A stretch of DNA of 64,000 nucleotides from an uncultured Candidatus Saccharibacteria bacterium (GTDB taxonomy: Bacteria; Patescibacteriota; WWE3; 9FT-COMBO-53-11). The position numbers and the translations under genes were made by a program. The stretch is taken from NCBI GenBank assembly GCA_964348395.1, contig CAYGCK010000001.1:21018-85017 (forward strand), read 5' to 3'. Shown here one piece after another: positions 18,073 to 27,564 of this stretch. The first letter of the stretch is position 1; each line of letters opens with the position of its first letter. The notes beneath the pieces were generated by a model. That model worked only from the letters and a program-made list of their open reading frames with translations. It was not told the origin of the DNA and searched no databases.

Positions 18073-19134
18073 TTACTCTTCCCCAAACGCCTCCTCAAGA
18101 AGAATCTGCATCGCTTCGCGGTTAGGTAAAAGAACCGCCGCTCCGCCTGGTGTTCTCCAGGGGTCAACCATGGAACGCTCAATCGCAAACTGCCGAAGCG
18201 CCGCCGAATCCGCAACCACGTCGACCGCGAGAGGGACGAGAGGCAAAGCGTCCCCCAAGGCGACGTCGGTCTCGACCATACCACGATATACCTCGTAGAG
18301 ATCGGGAACCTTGGAAAGCCCGCCCAGAGAAACCACCTTTCTAAAGATCGCGAGCATCACTTCCTGCTGACGGCGTAGACGGTCGAAGTCCCCGGTTGTT
18401 TTCCTCATTCGCACATAGCAAAGCGCCGTCCACCCGTCCATATGGTAAGTTCCTGGTGCAAACCGGTACCAGGTTCCGCCACACTCGTCGGTGAGGTAAC
18501 CCGTCACCTCGACGTCTATCCCTCCTAGAGTGTCGACTATATCCATAAAGCCCCAGAAGTTGACCAAGACGAAGCGGTCGACCTGCACACCGAAGTTGTA
18601 GAGCAGAGTCTGCTTGACGCGCTCCGCTCCTCCCCAACCCCAAGAGGTGTTTACCCTGTCCATACGCGCGCCTGGGACATAGACGTAGAGGTCCCGAGGT
18701 ATGGAGAGGACGGTTGCGGTTCCCGCGCTTGGGTTTAGCGACACAATCATAATGGTATCGGTCCTAAGGCCCGCAGTATAGGGGCGCTGGTCGGAACCCA
18801 AGAGAACCACGTTGAGCGTACCATCGGGAAACTCGATCGGCCTCACGGGGCGGGGGATCTCGGTCGAGGACGGTTCCGAAGGTCCCGCAAAGTTCTCCCA
18901 CGGGTCAACCGGAGTAGGTGTAGCGGTTGGGGTGTGGGTTACCGTTGGCGTGTAGGTCGCCGTCGGTGTAGGTGTCTGCGTCGGAGTCGGCGTTTCGGTC
19001 GCCGAGGCGGTTTTAAACGGCGTCGGAGTCGGCGTCCCAAAAACTGGTAACGGGACGTCAGAGCGGCTGCAGGCCAAAACCGCCGACAAAAGCATAACCG
19101 TCGCCGACAAAAGGGTAAATGTTGTCTTTCTCAC
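18073..19134 (-). CDS. LytR-CpsA-Psr (LCP) family protein, lipoprotein with PT-rich linker
   Basis: VVLLGSDQR ... TDTIMIVSLNP ... LSIPRDLYV motifs typical of the LCP family; signal peptide with Cys; TPTPTPT linker. Confidence 0.75.
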   Translation of the reverse strand: MRKTTFTLLSATVMLLSAVLACSRSDVPLPVFGTPTPTPFKTASATETPTPTQTPTPTATYTPTVTHTPTATPTPVDPWENFAGPSEPSSTEIPRPVRPIEFPDGTLNVVLLGSDQRPYTAGLRTDTIMIVSLNPSAGTATVLSIPRDLYVYVPGARMDRVNTSWGWGGAERVKQTLLYNFGVQVDRFVLVNFWGFMDIVDTLGGIDVEVTGYLTDECGGTWYRFAPGTYHMDGWTALCYVRMRKTTGDFDRLRRQQEVMLAIFRKVVSLGGLSKVPDLYEVYRGMVETDVALGDALPLVPLAVDVVADSAALRQFAIERSMVDPWRTPGGAAVLLPNREAMQILLEEAFGEE

Positions 19135-19218
19135 TCTCTCCTCCTTAATTATGGTTTAGGGTGCTCTCTAGTTGCTTTAATTATATTCTGTCCCACCAAG
19201 AAACAGGTAAGATAAACT

Positions 19219-19770
19219 ATGCCTGCTGAAACTGCAACTTTTGCCGGTGGGTGTTTTTGGTGTACCGACGCCATCTTTAGGAAATTGAAAGGCGTGGAGA
19301 AAGTAACGGTAGGGTACGCCGGCGGAGAAAAGGGATCCCCGACCTACGAGGAGGTATCAACCGGCTCGACCGGACATCTCGAGGCGGTGCAGATAGAGTT
19401 TGACCCCGAGGTTGTCTCCTTTGAAGAGCTTTTGGACGTCTTCTGGACAACTCACGACCCCACCCAAACGGGCGGCCAGGGCCCCGACGTGGGACCGCAA
19501 TACCAGGCCGCCGTCTTTTACCATTCCGACGAACAAAAAAGCAACGCTGAGAAATCCAAGCGCTCGCTCGAGGAATCCGGGCAGTATAAAGAGCCCATTA
19601 TGACGCAAATCCTTCCCTTCAAAACCTTCTTCCCAGCCGAAGAATACCACCAAGACTATTTCGCCAAAAACCCACACGCCCCCTACTGCCAGGTGGTGAT
19701 AAAACCAAAGGTCGAGAAGGTCGAAAACCTATTTCCGAGTAAGTTAATAGAGAATAGGAATAGTGAATAG
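19219..19770 (+). CDS. msrA: peptide methionine sulfoxide reductase MsrA
   Basis: GGCFWC active-site motif. Confidence 0.9.
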   Translation: MPAETATFAGGCFWCTDAIFRKLKGVEKVTVGYAGGEKGSPTYEEVSTGSTGHLEAVQIEFDPEVVSFEELLDVFWTTHDPTQTGGQGPDVGPQYQAAVFYHSDEQKSNAEKSKRSLEESGQYKEPIMTQILPFKTFFPAEEYHQDYFAKNPHAPYCQVVIKPKVEKVENLFPSKLIENRNSE

Positions 19771-19780
19771 TTAGGAAAAA

Positions 19781-20170
19781 ATGGAACTGACAGAAAAAGA
19801 GTGGCAGAAGAAGCTTTCGCCCGAAGAGTATCGGGTCCTTCGCCAGTGCGGCACCGAACCCCCTTTCTCCGGGCAGTACGTCTATACCAAAGATAAAGGT
19901 ATTTACCGCTGCAAGGCGTGCGGAAATCCCCTCTTCTCCTCCGAAACCAAGTACGAATCCGGAACCGGATGGCCGAGCTTCTTTGACGTTTTGGAAACCG
20001 GGAAAGTAAAACTAAAAGAAGACAAGAGTTTGGGGATGGTGAGTACCGAGGTGGTGTGCTCCCGCTGCGGCGGCCACCTGGGGCACCTCTTTGACGACGG
20101 CCCGGAGCCCACCGGAAAAAGATACTGCATCAATTCTCTAGCTCTTAATTTGGATTCTTCCAAAGGGTAG
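19781..20170 (+). CDS. msrB: peptide methionine sulfoxide reductase MsrB
   Basis: Zinc-binding CxxC pairs, GTGWPSF, and RCGGHLGHLFDDGP. Confidence 0.9.
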   Translation: MELTEKEWQKKLSPEEYRVLRQCGTEPPFSGQYVYTKDKGIYRCKACGNPLFSSETKYESGTGWPSFFDVLETGKVKLKEDKSLGMVSTEVVCSRCGGHLGHLFDDGPEPTGKRYCINSLALNLDSSKG

Positions 20171-20207
20171 TCAAACCGGCGACCGTCTCCTTAAAGGAGG
20201 AAACAAA

Positions 20208-20237
20208 ATGATAAACTACCCCTGTAGGAATGGCTAG
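20208..20237 (+). other. 9-codon upstream ORF (MINYPCRNG) with perfect SD, overlapping the next gene start
   Basis: AAAGGAGG at 20193-20200; ATG at 20208; stop TAG at 20235-20237 overlaps ATG 20230 of the downstream gene (ATGGCTAG). Confidence 0.3.
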
Positions 20238-20724
20238 AATACTGCGAGTTAGAAAAAAGAGGAAGAAGAAGGGTGGCTTGGGAAAGATAAAACCCTTTCT
20301 TTTGCCATCCTCGCTTATGCTTCTGGCGGTTCTAGTTGCCCTTTATATCCTCGTCTTTGGGTTGCCAGGTTTAAAATCGACGACAGCTCCGACCAATCCA
20401 GTTATAGAAAACCTTTCCCCCACCTCGGGCTCCGTGGGAGAAGAGGTAACCGTGAAGGGAACCGGATTTACCAAAACCGCAAATAACGTCCTTTTTACCA
20501 GCCAGGACAGTATGCCGGGGTATATCTCAAATCTCGAGTCGAAGGACGGGAAGACACTTAGGTTCACGGTGCCCAACGGTTTGGACCTTTGCCCCCCGAG
20601 CGCAGAAGACCTTGGAATCCCCTGCTCTCTGGCGTACCCTCAAGTTACCGGCGGGATATATCAGGTCGAGGTTTACAACTCTCAAGGGGGGAGTAACAGC
20701 ACCACCTTCACGGTAACGGATTAG
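20230..20724 (+). CDS. IPT/TIG-domain surface protein with basic N-terminus and signal anchor
   Basis: IENLSPTSGSVGEEVTVKGTGFTKTANNVLF is IPT/TIG-like; N-terminal TM. Confidence 0.5.
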   Translation: MARILRVRKKRKKKGGLGKIKPFLLPSSLMLLAVLVALYILVFGLPGLKSTTAPTNPVIENLSPTSGSVGEEVTVKGTGFTKTANNVLFTSQDSMPGYISNLESKDGKTLRFTVPNGLDLCPPSAEDLGIPCSLAYPQVTGGIYQVEVYNSQGGSNSTTFTVTD

Positions 20725-20745
20725 TGGCGATAGCTAGTCACTAAA

Positions 20746-22392
20746 TCAAAACTCACCGCCCATTCCGGCGCCGGGCGGCATTTGTGGGGTTTCCTTCTTC
20801 TCCTCCGGAATGTCGGTTATGAGGGACTCGGTAGTCAAAACCATAACCGCGACGGAGGAGGCGTTTTGCAGGGCGCTCCGTGTAACTTTGGCCGGATCGA
20901 TGATACCTCGCGAGACCACGTTGCAAAACTCTTCCCTTAGGGCGTCCCAACCCCACTGGGCGGCGTCAGCCGAGCGTTTTCTTTCGATCTCAGAAACCAC
21001 ATATCCGGCGTCCACGCCAGCGTTTGCTGCGATAGCGCGAAGCGGCTTGTCGAGCGCCTTATAAACGATGTCCCGACCAAGCGCAACGTCCGCATTTTCT
21101 TTGGATGCGGAAAGCTTCTTTACGGATTCTCTCGCCCTAAGAAGGGTGATACCTCCGCCGGGAACTATCCCCTCCTCAAGCGCCGCCTTGGTCGCCTCGT
21201 ACGCGTCCGTCACGCGGTGCTTCTTCTCCTTCATCTCGACCTCAGTCGCCGCTCCGACGTAGATAACCGCGACCCCACCCGAGAGCTTGGCGAGACGCTC
21301 TTCGAGCTTCTCACGGTCATATTCGGCCTCGGCAGCCTCGATTTGCGATTTTATATGCTCCACCCGAGCGTTGATATCCCGCTTGGTTCCCTTTCCTCCG
21401 ACGATGATGGACTCCTCCTTTCCGGCAATAAGCCGGTCGGACTGGCCCAAATCGTCCAAAGTCACGGAGTCCAATTTCCGTCCGGTATCCTCCGAGATAT
21501 AATTTGCACCAGTCAATATTGCTATATCCTGGAGCATCTCTTTTCTTCTATCCCCGAAACCCGGTGCCTTTACAGCTACCACATTTATTGTGCCCCTAAG
21601 CTTATTAACTACCAAAGTGGCGAGTGCCTCCCCGTCGATATCGTCGGCGATTATAACTACATTCTTGGTTGTTTTGACTACATTTTCCAAAACGGGGAGT
21701 AGGTCGTTTAAGGCGGATAACTTCTGATCGGTTATCAACACGCGAGGCTCCTCGACCACGGCTTCTCCTCGATCGGCGTCGGTAATAAAGTAAGCGGAAG
21801 CAAAGCCCTTGTCTATGACCATACCTTCTTTGTACTCGACGGTGGTTTCCAACCCTTTACCTTCCTCGACGGTTATCACCCCGTCGTCGCCGACCTTCTC
21901 AAATGCCTCGGCGATAAGCTCACCTATCTCCTGGTCCTGGGAGGATATCGCGGCGATTTGGGCTTTCTCCTCCTTAGACTTTATGGGTTTGGCTATCTTT
22001 TCGATTGCGGCTGTAATCGCCTCGACCGCCTCTTCAATCCCACGCTTTAAAAGCATAGGATTGGCTCCGGCGGCGATCGCCTTAAGGCCTTCGTTCACAA
22101 TCTGGGCGGAAAGCAGGGTCGCGGTTGTTGTGCCGTCACCCGCGACGTCGTTGGTTTTGGAAGCGGCCTCCGAAACGAGCTGTGCCCCCATATTCTCGAA
22201 AGGGTCCTCGAGCTCAATCTCCTTGGCGACCGTCACGCCGTCGTGGACTACATTCGGCGCTCCCCATTTCTTGTCGAGTGCTACGTTTCTCCCTTTGGGG
22301 CCCAAAGTGGTAACCACCGCTCGGGCCAGTTTGTCTATCCCTGCTTTAAGTTTTTCCCGCGCCTCCTCGGCGTAGATTACTTGCTTTGCCAT
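20746..22392 (-). CDS. groL: chaperonin GroEL
   Basis: [12 protein letters not shown] ... [11 protein letters not shown] ... C-terminal GGMGG. True ATG at 22392; the ORF-track start at 22410 is an upstream extension. Confidence 0.95.
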   Translation of the reverse strand: MAKQVIYAEEAREKLKAGIDKLARAVVTTLGPKGRNVALDKKWGAPNVVHDGVTVAKEIELEDPFENMGAQLVSEAASKTNDVAGDGTTTATLLSAQIVNEGLKAIAAGANPMLLKRGIEEAVEAITAAIEKIAKPIKSKEEKAQIAAISSQDQEIGELIAEAFEKVGDDGVITVEEGKGLETTVEYKEGMVIDKGFASAYFITDADRGEAVVEEPRVLITDQKLSALNDLLPVLENVVKTTKNVVIIADDIDGEALATLVVNKLRGTINVVAVKAPGFGDRRKEMLQDIAILTGANYISEDTGRKLDSVTLDDLGQSDRLIAGKEESIIVGGKGTKRDINARVEHIKSQIEAAEAEYDREKLEERLAKLSGGVAVIYVGAATEVEMKEKKHRVTDAYEATKAALEEGIVPGGGITLLRARESVKKLSASKENADVALGRDIVYKALDKPLRAIAANAGVDAGYVVSEIERKRSADAAQWGWDALREEFCNVVSRGIIDPAKVTRSALQNASSVAVMVLTTESLITDIPEEKKETPQMPPGAGMGGEF

Positions 22393-22399
22393 CTTCCAT

Positions 22400-22693
22400 T
22401 CACCCAACAACGGCCAGTATGTCGTCCGCGTCTACTATTAAGTACTCCTTTCCTTCTTGATCTTTGATTTCGTCTCCGCCAAAGCGTTTATAGAGCACGT
22501 GGTCGCCAACTTTAACCTCGGGTTTTATAAGCTCCCCCTTTTCTCGCTTACCCGGCCCTACCGCAAGAACCTTCCCCTCCTGCGGTTTTTCTTTCGCGGT
22601 ATCCGGAATGACAAGGCCTGACGGGAGCTTCTCCTCTCGCTCGAGGGGCTGCACCAGTACGTTATTTCCAAGCGGCTTAACCTTAAATTTCAT
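22400..22693 (-). CDS. groS: co-chaperonin GroES
   Basis: [22 protein letters not shown] ... typical GroES; 7 nt upstream of groEL. Confidence 0.9.
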   Translation of the reverse strand: MKFKVKPLGNNVLVQPLEREEKLPSGLVIPDTAKEKPQEGKVLAVGPGKREKGELIKPEVKVGDHVLYKRFGGDEIKDQEGKEYLIVDADDILAVVG

Positions 22694-22718
22694 GAGCTCA
22701 AAAGTTGTTTCGCGGACA

Positions 22719-22737
22719 CCTTAGAGCGCGCCTAAGG
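22719..22737. promoter_or_regulatory. inverted repeat CCTTAG-N7-CTAAGG in the groES leader (not CIRCE)
   Basis: Palindrome at transcript positions about +16 to +34 relative to the predicted promoter. Confidence 0.3.
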
Positions 22738-22758
22738 CAGGGGCTCACACAATTTGTC

Positions 22759-22787
22759 ATTCTAAACACGACGGCTATTCTTGTCAA
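22759..22787 (-). promoter_or_regulatory. near-consensus sigma70 promoter for groES-groEL (TTGACA-N17-TAGAAT on the minus strand)
   Basis: Plus-strand tgtcaa at 22782-22787 and attcta at 22759-22764. Confidence 0.5.
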
Positions 22788-22852
22788 GGGTGAACACGCA
22801 AAACCGTGACTGCGGCTCACTTTTGTTTGGATTTCGCAAAGCCGAGTCCAAA

Positions 22853-23764
22853 TCAAGGGTTATCAGGAGAAAAATCCGGGTTTCGATGTTTTAGAGAGTA
22901 GAGCTTGACCCGGTAGGCCGAAAGGATTCTTCTCGATAAGTCGATGGGGTGGAAAAAGATGCGCTCTCGCTCGACAATCTCTCGGGTCCTTCTTTTTCTC
23001 ATATAGTAGAGCTGTAACCGATGCAACAAATAGTCAGTCGCGGTCAAAAATAGGTTTAAGAGTCTTTCTAAAACGTTTCTCTTTCTCGGGGCTTTTATCT
23101 TAATTTCCGGAATTTCCGCGTTTGGGAGGTACTTCTTAACCCAAGGATTTTCACCTAAGAATCTAAGATGCGTAAATTCCCGCGCCCAAAGGGGTCGAGC
23201 CAAATAAACCTCGTGGGCGGAAAAAAGATTTTGTTCGCCCTCCGGTACCCTAAGAGCGTTCTCCGCCAAAAACATATTTAGACAAACCATGTCGGGCGCT
23301 TTCTCCACTCCCGGCTTTCGCTTGACCCTCAAAACCGAGAAAAGGAGGTAGGATAAGAGCCGAACAAGCCAGACCCTTCCTTTGGCGGTTACTACCAAAA
23401 AATCAATATCGTCTTCCTCTTTGGCGTTTCCCGCAGCCAGTGCCCCGGTTAAAAAAACCGCCTTCACCCACGGAATCCTGCGAAGGTGTCTTGATAGACG
23501 GAGCGCCCGTACATATTTTTTCTCGCTTATCTTTTCGCGGCGCGCGCGCTCCCCAACCACCTCATTCCGGCCCGGCAGGTGGTAAAACCCATCCATCTTT
23601 GAGATTTGTCGCTCCGCTACAAGTTGCGCCAGAGTCCGTCGCACCGATAGAGCATCACCCTGGTGCTCGACCAGGAAGCGAATAACCTCATCCTCGGTTA
23701 AGGGGTAGTCAAAAAGATCACGATAGCAAAGCGTCCTTAAAATAGCTTCCCCGACCTCCTCCAT
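22853..23764 (-). CDS. Pol-beta-superfamily nucleotidyltransferase-fold protein
   Basis: AVFLTGALAAGNAKEEDDIDFLVV matches G[SA]-x9-13-DxD of minimal nucleotidyltransferases. Confidence 0.4.
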   Translation of the reverse strand: MEEVGEAILRTLCYRDLFDYPLTEDEVIRFLVEHQGDALSVRRTLAQLVAERQISKMDGFYHLPGRNEVVGERARREKISEKKYVRALRLSRHLRRIPWVKAVFLTGALAAGNAKEEDDIDFLVVTAKGRVWLVRLLSYLLFSVLRVKRKPGVEKAPDMVCLNMFLAENALRVPEGEQNLFSAHEVYLARPLWAREFTHLRFLGENPWVKKYLPNAEIPEIKIKAPRKRNVLERLLNLFLTATDYLLHRLQLYYMRKRRTREIVERERIFFHPIDLSRRILSAYRVKLYSLKHRNPDFSPDNP

Positions 23765-23794
23765 ACCTACAGTTTAAGGTTTAAATTCCAAAGT

Positions 23795-24208
23795 TCAAAG
23801 CGCAAGGTTCAAGGCCCTATTGGCTAACCGATCGGCGTGGGCGTTTTTCTCTCTCGAAACGAGCTTGTAGGTGACCGCCGGGAATTCCTTCTCTTTGCTC
23901 CTGACTTCGGTTATCAACTCTCTGAGATGCCGAGCTTTTACCTTGAAGTCCCCTTTAAGCTGCGAGACGACAAGCTGTGAATCCATAACACAAACCAAAC
24001 TATCCCCGCTTTTCACTCTTCGCTTTGCCAGCTCCAAACCAAGAAGAAGCGCTTTGTATTCGGCCTCGTTATTGGTCATCCGACCCAGAAATTGGGATTT
24101 CTCCTCAAAAATTGTTCCGCCCCCGTTCTTTAAAACCACCCCGGCGGCGGCCGGTCCGGGGTTGCCGCGGGAGGCGCCATCTGTAAACAAAAAATAACGC
24201 ACAACCAA
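23795..24208 (-). CDS. rnhA: ribonuclease HI
   Basis: FTDGASRGNPGPAAAGVVL ... NNEAEYKALLLGLE ... HADRLAN catalytic DEDD residues. Confidence 0.8.
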   Translation of the reverse strand: MVVRYFLFTDGASRGNPGPAAAGVVLKNGGGTIFEEKSQFLGRMTNNEAEYKALLLGLELAKRRVKSGDSLVCVMDSQLVVSQLKGDFKVKARHLRELITEVRSKEKEFPAVTYKLVSREKNAHADRLANRALNLAL

Positions 24209-24276
24209 TAGTATAGTACAGCTCTGGTTTTGCGGGATTTGGTCACTCTTGGAAGAAGTAATAGAATGAATTTGGA

Positions 24277-26832
24277 ATGCGTATCCTTCTTGCCTACGGG
24301 CAAAGACAATTTTCCAAAAAGCTTAAGGAGAGACTTGAAAAGGAGGGACATGCGGTATCCATCCTGGAAAAAGGGAGACCGCCGCGGGCCGCCTACGACG
24401 CCGTGGTTCAGCTCGGCCGCGACCCTGCAGACCTTGCCGAGGGAACGCGGGATCTTCTGGAGAAGGTAGTAAAGGATAAAGCGAGGTTTTTCCTCGTCTT
24501 ATTCAGAACCGACGAGCGCCTTTATGAGGAGGCAAGCGGATTCGCCAAAAGCTTGACCTTAGAGTGGGAGCAAAAGAAGAATGTTCCGACGACAGTTTTG
24601 AACCTAGCGCGACTTTACGGACCGGGAATCGAAAACAAAGACGCCGGCGCTGTCGGGCACCTGATTAAAGAATTTCAGGAAGAGGAATATCTAACCTTAT
24701 ACGGGCGCGGCGAGGATACGGACTATTATCTTTACATAGACGACGCGATAGAAGGCGTGGCTCGTGCTATCGAAGAAGCGCGTCGCAGCGAAACCTATTC
24801 CGTCTCCCCCTCCTCACCCACCTCCTCCGAGGCAGCGGCACGACTATTAACCGAGATCGGCGGAGGACGCCACGACTTACGCTTCCACCGCGGGCTCACA
24901 TCAGTAGAAAGTAAGGGAAAAGTAGAGGGCAAGCCGTTACCTAAGTTCGAGCCTAAGACGTCGTTTGAGGAAGGCGTTTTGAGCATTCTAAAAACACAAG
25001 GCGCGCCCCAAGCAAAGAAATCCGCAGATCTCCCGCACCTTAGAGCACCTCTTATCAAATGGCGGCCGCGGTTGCACTTGCGAGCGCCTAAGAAGCGCGA
25101 ACTTGTAACCGGCGCGCTGGTTCTTATTGTCGTCGCTCCCCTTATCTATCTAGGCACGGAGACGACGCTTGCCCTTTGGCAGCTCAAGAAGACCAAAGAC
25201 GCTCTATTGTCGTTTGACTTCGCCCAGGCGCAGACAGCAGCGCGGCGATCTATGGAGGGTTTTGAGAGGCTCGGTAAGTTTATACCTCAAGCTCGCGCGG
25301 GTCGCTACGCCGCGGAGGCGGCTTACGAGATCTCCTTGGAGGCGGACACCCTCGAGGCCGCCATAGAAAATCTTCGAAGAAGCTACAGAGGTGGGGAAGT
25401 CTCTCCCCAAAGTGAAGGTGATTTTCGATCGTTTGCCGTCTCTCTTGAATCTGCCAGACAAAAACTGGCCGTCTCTCTGCTCGAGGTTAAGTCCTCCCCT
25501 CTACCTTCTCTACCTCAAGGCAACGCCGCCATAAAGGAAGTCGAGGAGCTTATAGAGACCGCGACGGAGGCGCTTGATATCGCCATACCCTTCGCTAAGG
25601 AGGCGCCGGACTTTTTAGGTTATAAGGGTCAGCGAAACTACTTAATCCTCTTTCAAAACTCCACCGAACTACGCTCTCAGGGAGGATTCGTGGGGTCTCT
25701 TGCCGTCCTGAGTTTAAAAGACGGCGGGATAGAGAACCTCGAGTTCTTCGATTCTTATGAATTCGACAGCGGACCCAAAGCCCTCTCGCATCCTGCGGTA
25801 GCGCGCTTTCTTGAAGTCTCATCCGTTCCGCTTCGCGAGGCCAACTTCACCCCTTCCTTCCCCCAGGCGGCTAGAGATATCTCCGCCATCTTCGAAGAAG
25901 CCCACGGCGCTACCTTGGATGGGGTGTTGGGGGCCACACTGACTTTCGCTAAAGATCTGGTTGGGGCGACGGGCGAGCTCGAGGTGGCCGGGTTCGAGCG
26001 AACGATAACCGCCGATAACTTATTTGAAGTTACAACCCAGGAGGTAGAGCTTGATTTCTTCCCAGGCTCGACCAAGAAAAAACGCTTTATGCAAGGCTTG
26101 GGAGAGGCGCTTATTGGTAAGCTTTTCTCTCTTGAAACCAAAAATCTATCTAGCGTCGTCGCGGTGGCGGAAGAAGCGCTCGAGGAGAAAAACTTGCTTC
26201 TTTACTTCAAGAACGCTCAACTGGCACAGGCGGTCTGGGAGGCAGGCTTTGACGGCCACATACCCCAAAACGAGGGAGACTTTCTTCTGGTCCTCGATAA
26301 TACCTCGTCCGGAAAGGTCAACGAAGTCTGGGTGGAAAGGGGTGTCTCCTATCGTGTTTTCGCCCCCGACAAGGAGCAAGACATTCGCGGCGAGGTCACG
26401 GTGACTTGGGAGCACAAGGGGACGGACGCGTGGCCCTCCAAAAGCTATGACAACCTCCTCATGGTTCTCGTTCCCTCCGGGACAAGGTTTCTGGCCGCGC
26501 GCTTGAACGGCGAGTATTACTACAACACATTCGTTTTCGAGCAAGACGGAAAGACCGGATTCGCTGCCTACTTCGAAGTTCCCAACCAATCCACGACGGA
26601 GTTTATCTTTACCTACGAACTACCCTTCGGACATCCGCAGGACATAACTAGCTATAGCCTTACGGTCGGGAAACAACCGGGAACATCGGGGGACCAGTTT
26701 TCCTTTGCGTTTGAGGAGCCGATAGGCAAAGAGGCGGTATCGGAGGATCTCAGCCGAGATGGCGGCAGGCTCGTCTTCGAAGGAACGCTCGAGCGCGACC
26801 TTACATTTGATATCGAAGTAGGACAAAGATAA
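24277..26832 (+). CDS. DUF4012-domain protein fused to a degenerate N-terminal NAD-epimerase-like domain
   Basis: YLILFQNSTELRSQGGFVGSLAVL (DUF4012 signature). N-terminal LYGPG ... YLYIDD resembles the C-terminal half of epimerases but lacks GxxGxxG. Confidence 0.6.
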   Translation: MRILLAYGQRQFSKKLKERLEKEGHAVSILEKGRPPRAAYDAVVQLGRDPADLAEGTRDLLEKVVKDKARFFLVLFRTDERLYEEASGFAKSLTLEWEQKKNVPTTVLNLARLYGPGIENKDAGAVGHLIKEFQEEEYLTLYGRGEDTDYYLYIDDAIEGVARAIEEARRSETYSVSPSSPTSSEAAARLLTEIGGGRHDLRFHRGLTSVESKGKVEGKPLPKFEPKTSFEEGVLSILKTQGAPQAKKSADLPHLRAPLIKWRPRLHLRAPKKRELVTGALVLIVVAPLIYLGTETTLALWQLKKTKDALLSFDFAQAQTAARRSMEGFERLGKFIPQARAGRYAAEAAYEISLEADTLEAAIENLRRSYRGGEVSPQSEGDFRSFAVSLESARQKLAVSLLEVKSSPLPSLPQGNAAIKEVEELIETATEALDIAIPFAKEAPDFLGYKGQRNYLILFQNSTELRSQGGFVGSLAVLSLKDGGIENLEFFDSYEFDSGPKALSHPAVARFLEVSSVPLREANFTPSFPQAARDISAIFEEAHGATLDGVLGATLTFAKDLVGATGELEVAGFERTITADNLFEVTTQEVELDFFPGSTKKKRFMQGLGEALIGKLFSLETKNLSSVVAVAEEALEEKNLLLYFKNAQLAQAVWEAGFDGHIPQNEGDFLLVLDNTSSGKVNEVWVERGVSYRVFAPDKEQDIRGEVTVTWEHKGTDAWPSKSYDNLLMVLVPSGTRFLAARLNGEYYYNTFVFEQDGKTGFAAYFEVPNQSTTEFIFTYELPFGHPQDITSYSLTVGKQPGTSGDQFSFAFEEPIGKEAVSEDLSRDGGRLVFEGTLERDLTFDIEVGQR

Positions 26833-26860
26833 GGGAGCGTGTTAAACTTTTCCTCGATTT

Positions 26861-27562
26861 ATGGAACTTTCGGCTAAGAAACGCAAAATTCTAGGCAAGA
26901 AGGTCAAATCCCTAAGGCGCGGCGGCGTCCTGCCTGCCGTCGTCTTTGGCGGGGGGAAGCCATCGCTTCCAATTGAGCTGGACGAGACGGAGTTCAGTAG
27001 GGTTTACAACGAGGCGGGAGAGTCGACCGTAATAGACCTTATACTCGGTAAAGACAAGCAAGACGTCCTAATTTCCGAGGTTCAGATCGACCCTTTAGGA
27101 AAAGTTATCCACACCGACTTAAAGCGGGTCGCGGCCGGCGAAAAAATCACGGCCAACGTGGCGATCGAAATCGTAGGCGAGGCGGCGCCCGTTAAAACCG
27201 GCGAAGGTATCCTTTTACCCCTCTTGGATGAGATTGAGGTCGAGGCTTATCCGAAAGATCTGCCGTCAGAAATCAAAGTGGACGTCTCCAACCTCACCGA
27301 GATTGGGCAGGGTATTGAGATAAAAGACTTACCTATAGACCCCAGAAAGGTGGAAATCTTAGGACACGAGTCGAACGAGCTCGTCGTAAAGATCGATTAC
27401 CCCCAGGTCGAAGAGGAGGAGGAGGAGGAGGAAGCGCCAGTTTCTGAGGAAGCGGCGGTTGCCGCGGTTGAGGCGACCGAGGAGAGACCGGAGGGCGAAG
27501 GGGAAGAGGAAACCTCTACCGAAAAAGAACCGCAAGAGTCGGAAGAAGAAAAGCAAGACTAG
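26861..27562 (+). CDS. rplY: 50S ribosomal protein L25 / general stress protein Ctc with acidic tail
   Basis: KKRKILGKKVKSLRRGGVLPAVVFGGG N-terminus; poly-Glu C-terminal tail. Confidence 0.8.
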   Translation: MELSAKKRKILGKKVKSLRRGGVLPAVVFGGGKPSLPIELDETEFSRVYNEAGESTVIDLILGKDKQDVLISEVQIDPLGKVIHTDLKRVAAGEKITANVAIEIVGEAAPVKTGEGILLPLLDEIEVEAYPKDLPSEIKVDVSNLTEIGQGIEIKDLPIDPRKVEILGHESNELVVKIDYPQVEEEEEEEEAPVSEEAAVAAVEATEERPEGEGEEETSTEKEPQESEEEKQD

Positions 27563-27564
27563 AT

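Noticed and set aside
17953-18128. 58-codon Cys-rich plus-strand ORF with a strong AAGGAGGAG SD.
   Set aside because: It sits between the LCP gene stop and its minus-strand terminator, and runs antisense into the LCP coding region. It is more likely a chance SD-like motif in a 3' UTR.
20810-22375. Several 60-190-aa plus-strand ORFs inside the groEL region.
   Set aside because: Antisense to a highly conserved, unambiguous GroEL reading frame.
22694-22852. Looked for a CIRCE element (TTAGCACTC-N9-GAGTGCTAA) upstream of groES.
   Set aside because: Only a shorter CCTTAG-N7-CTAAGG palindrome is present. It is reported as a non-CIRCE candidate operator, not as CIRCE.
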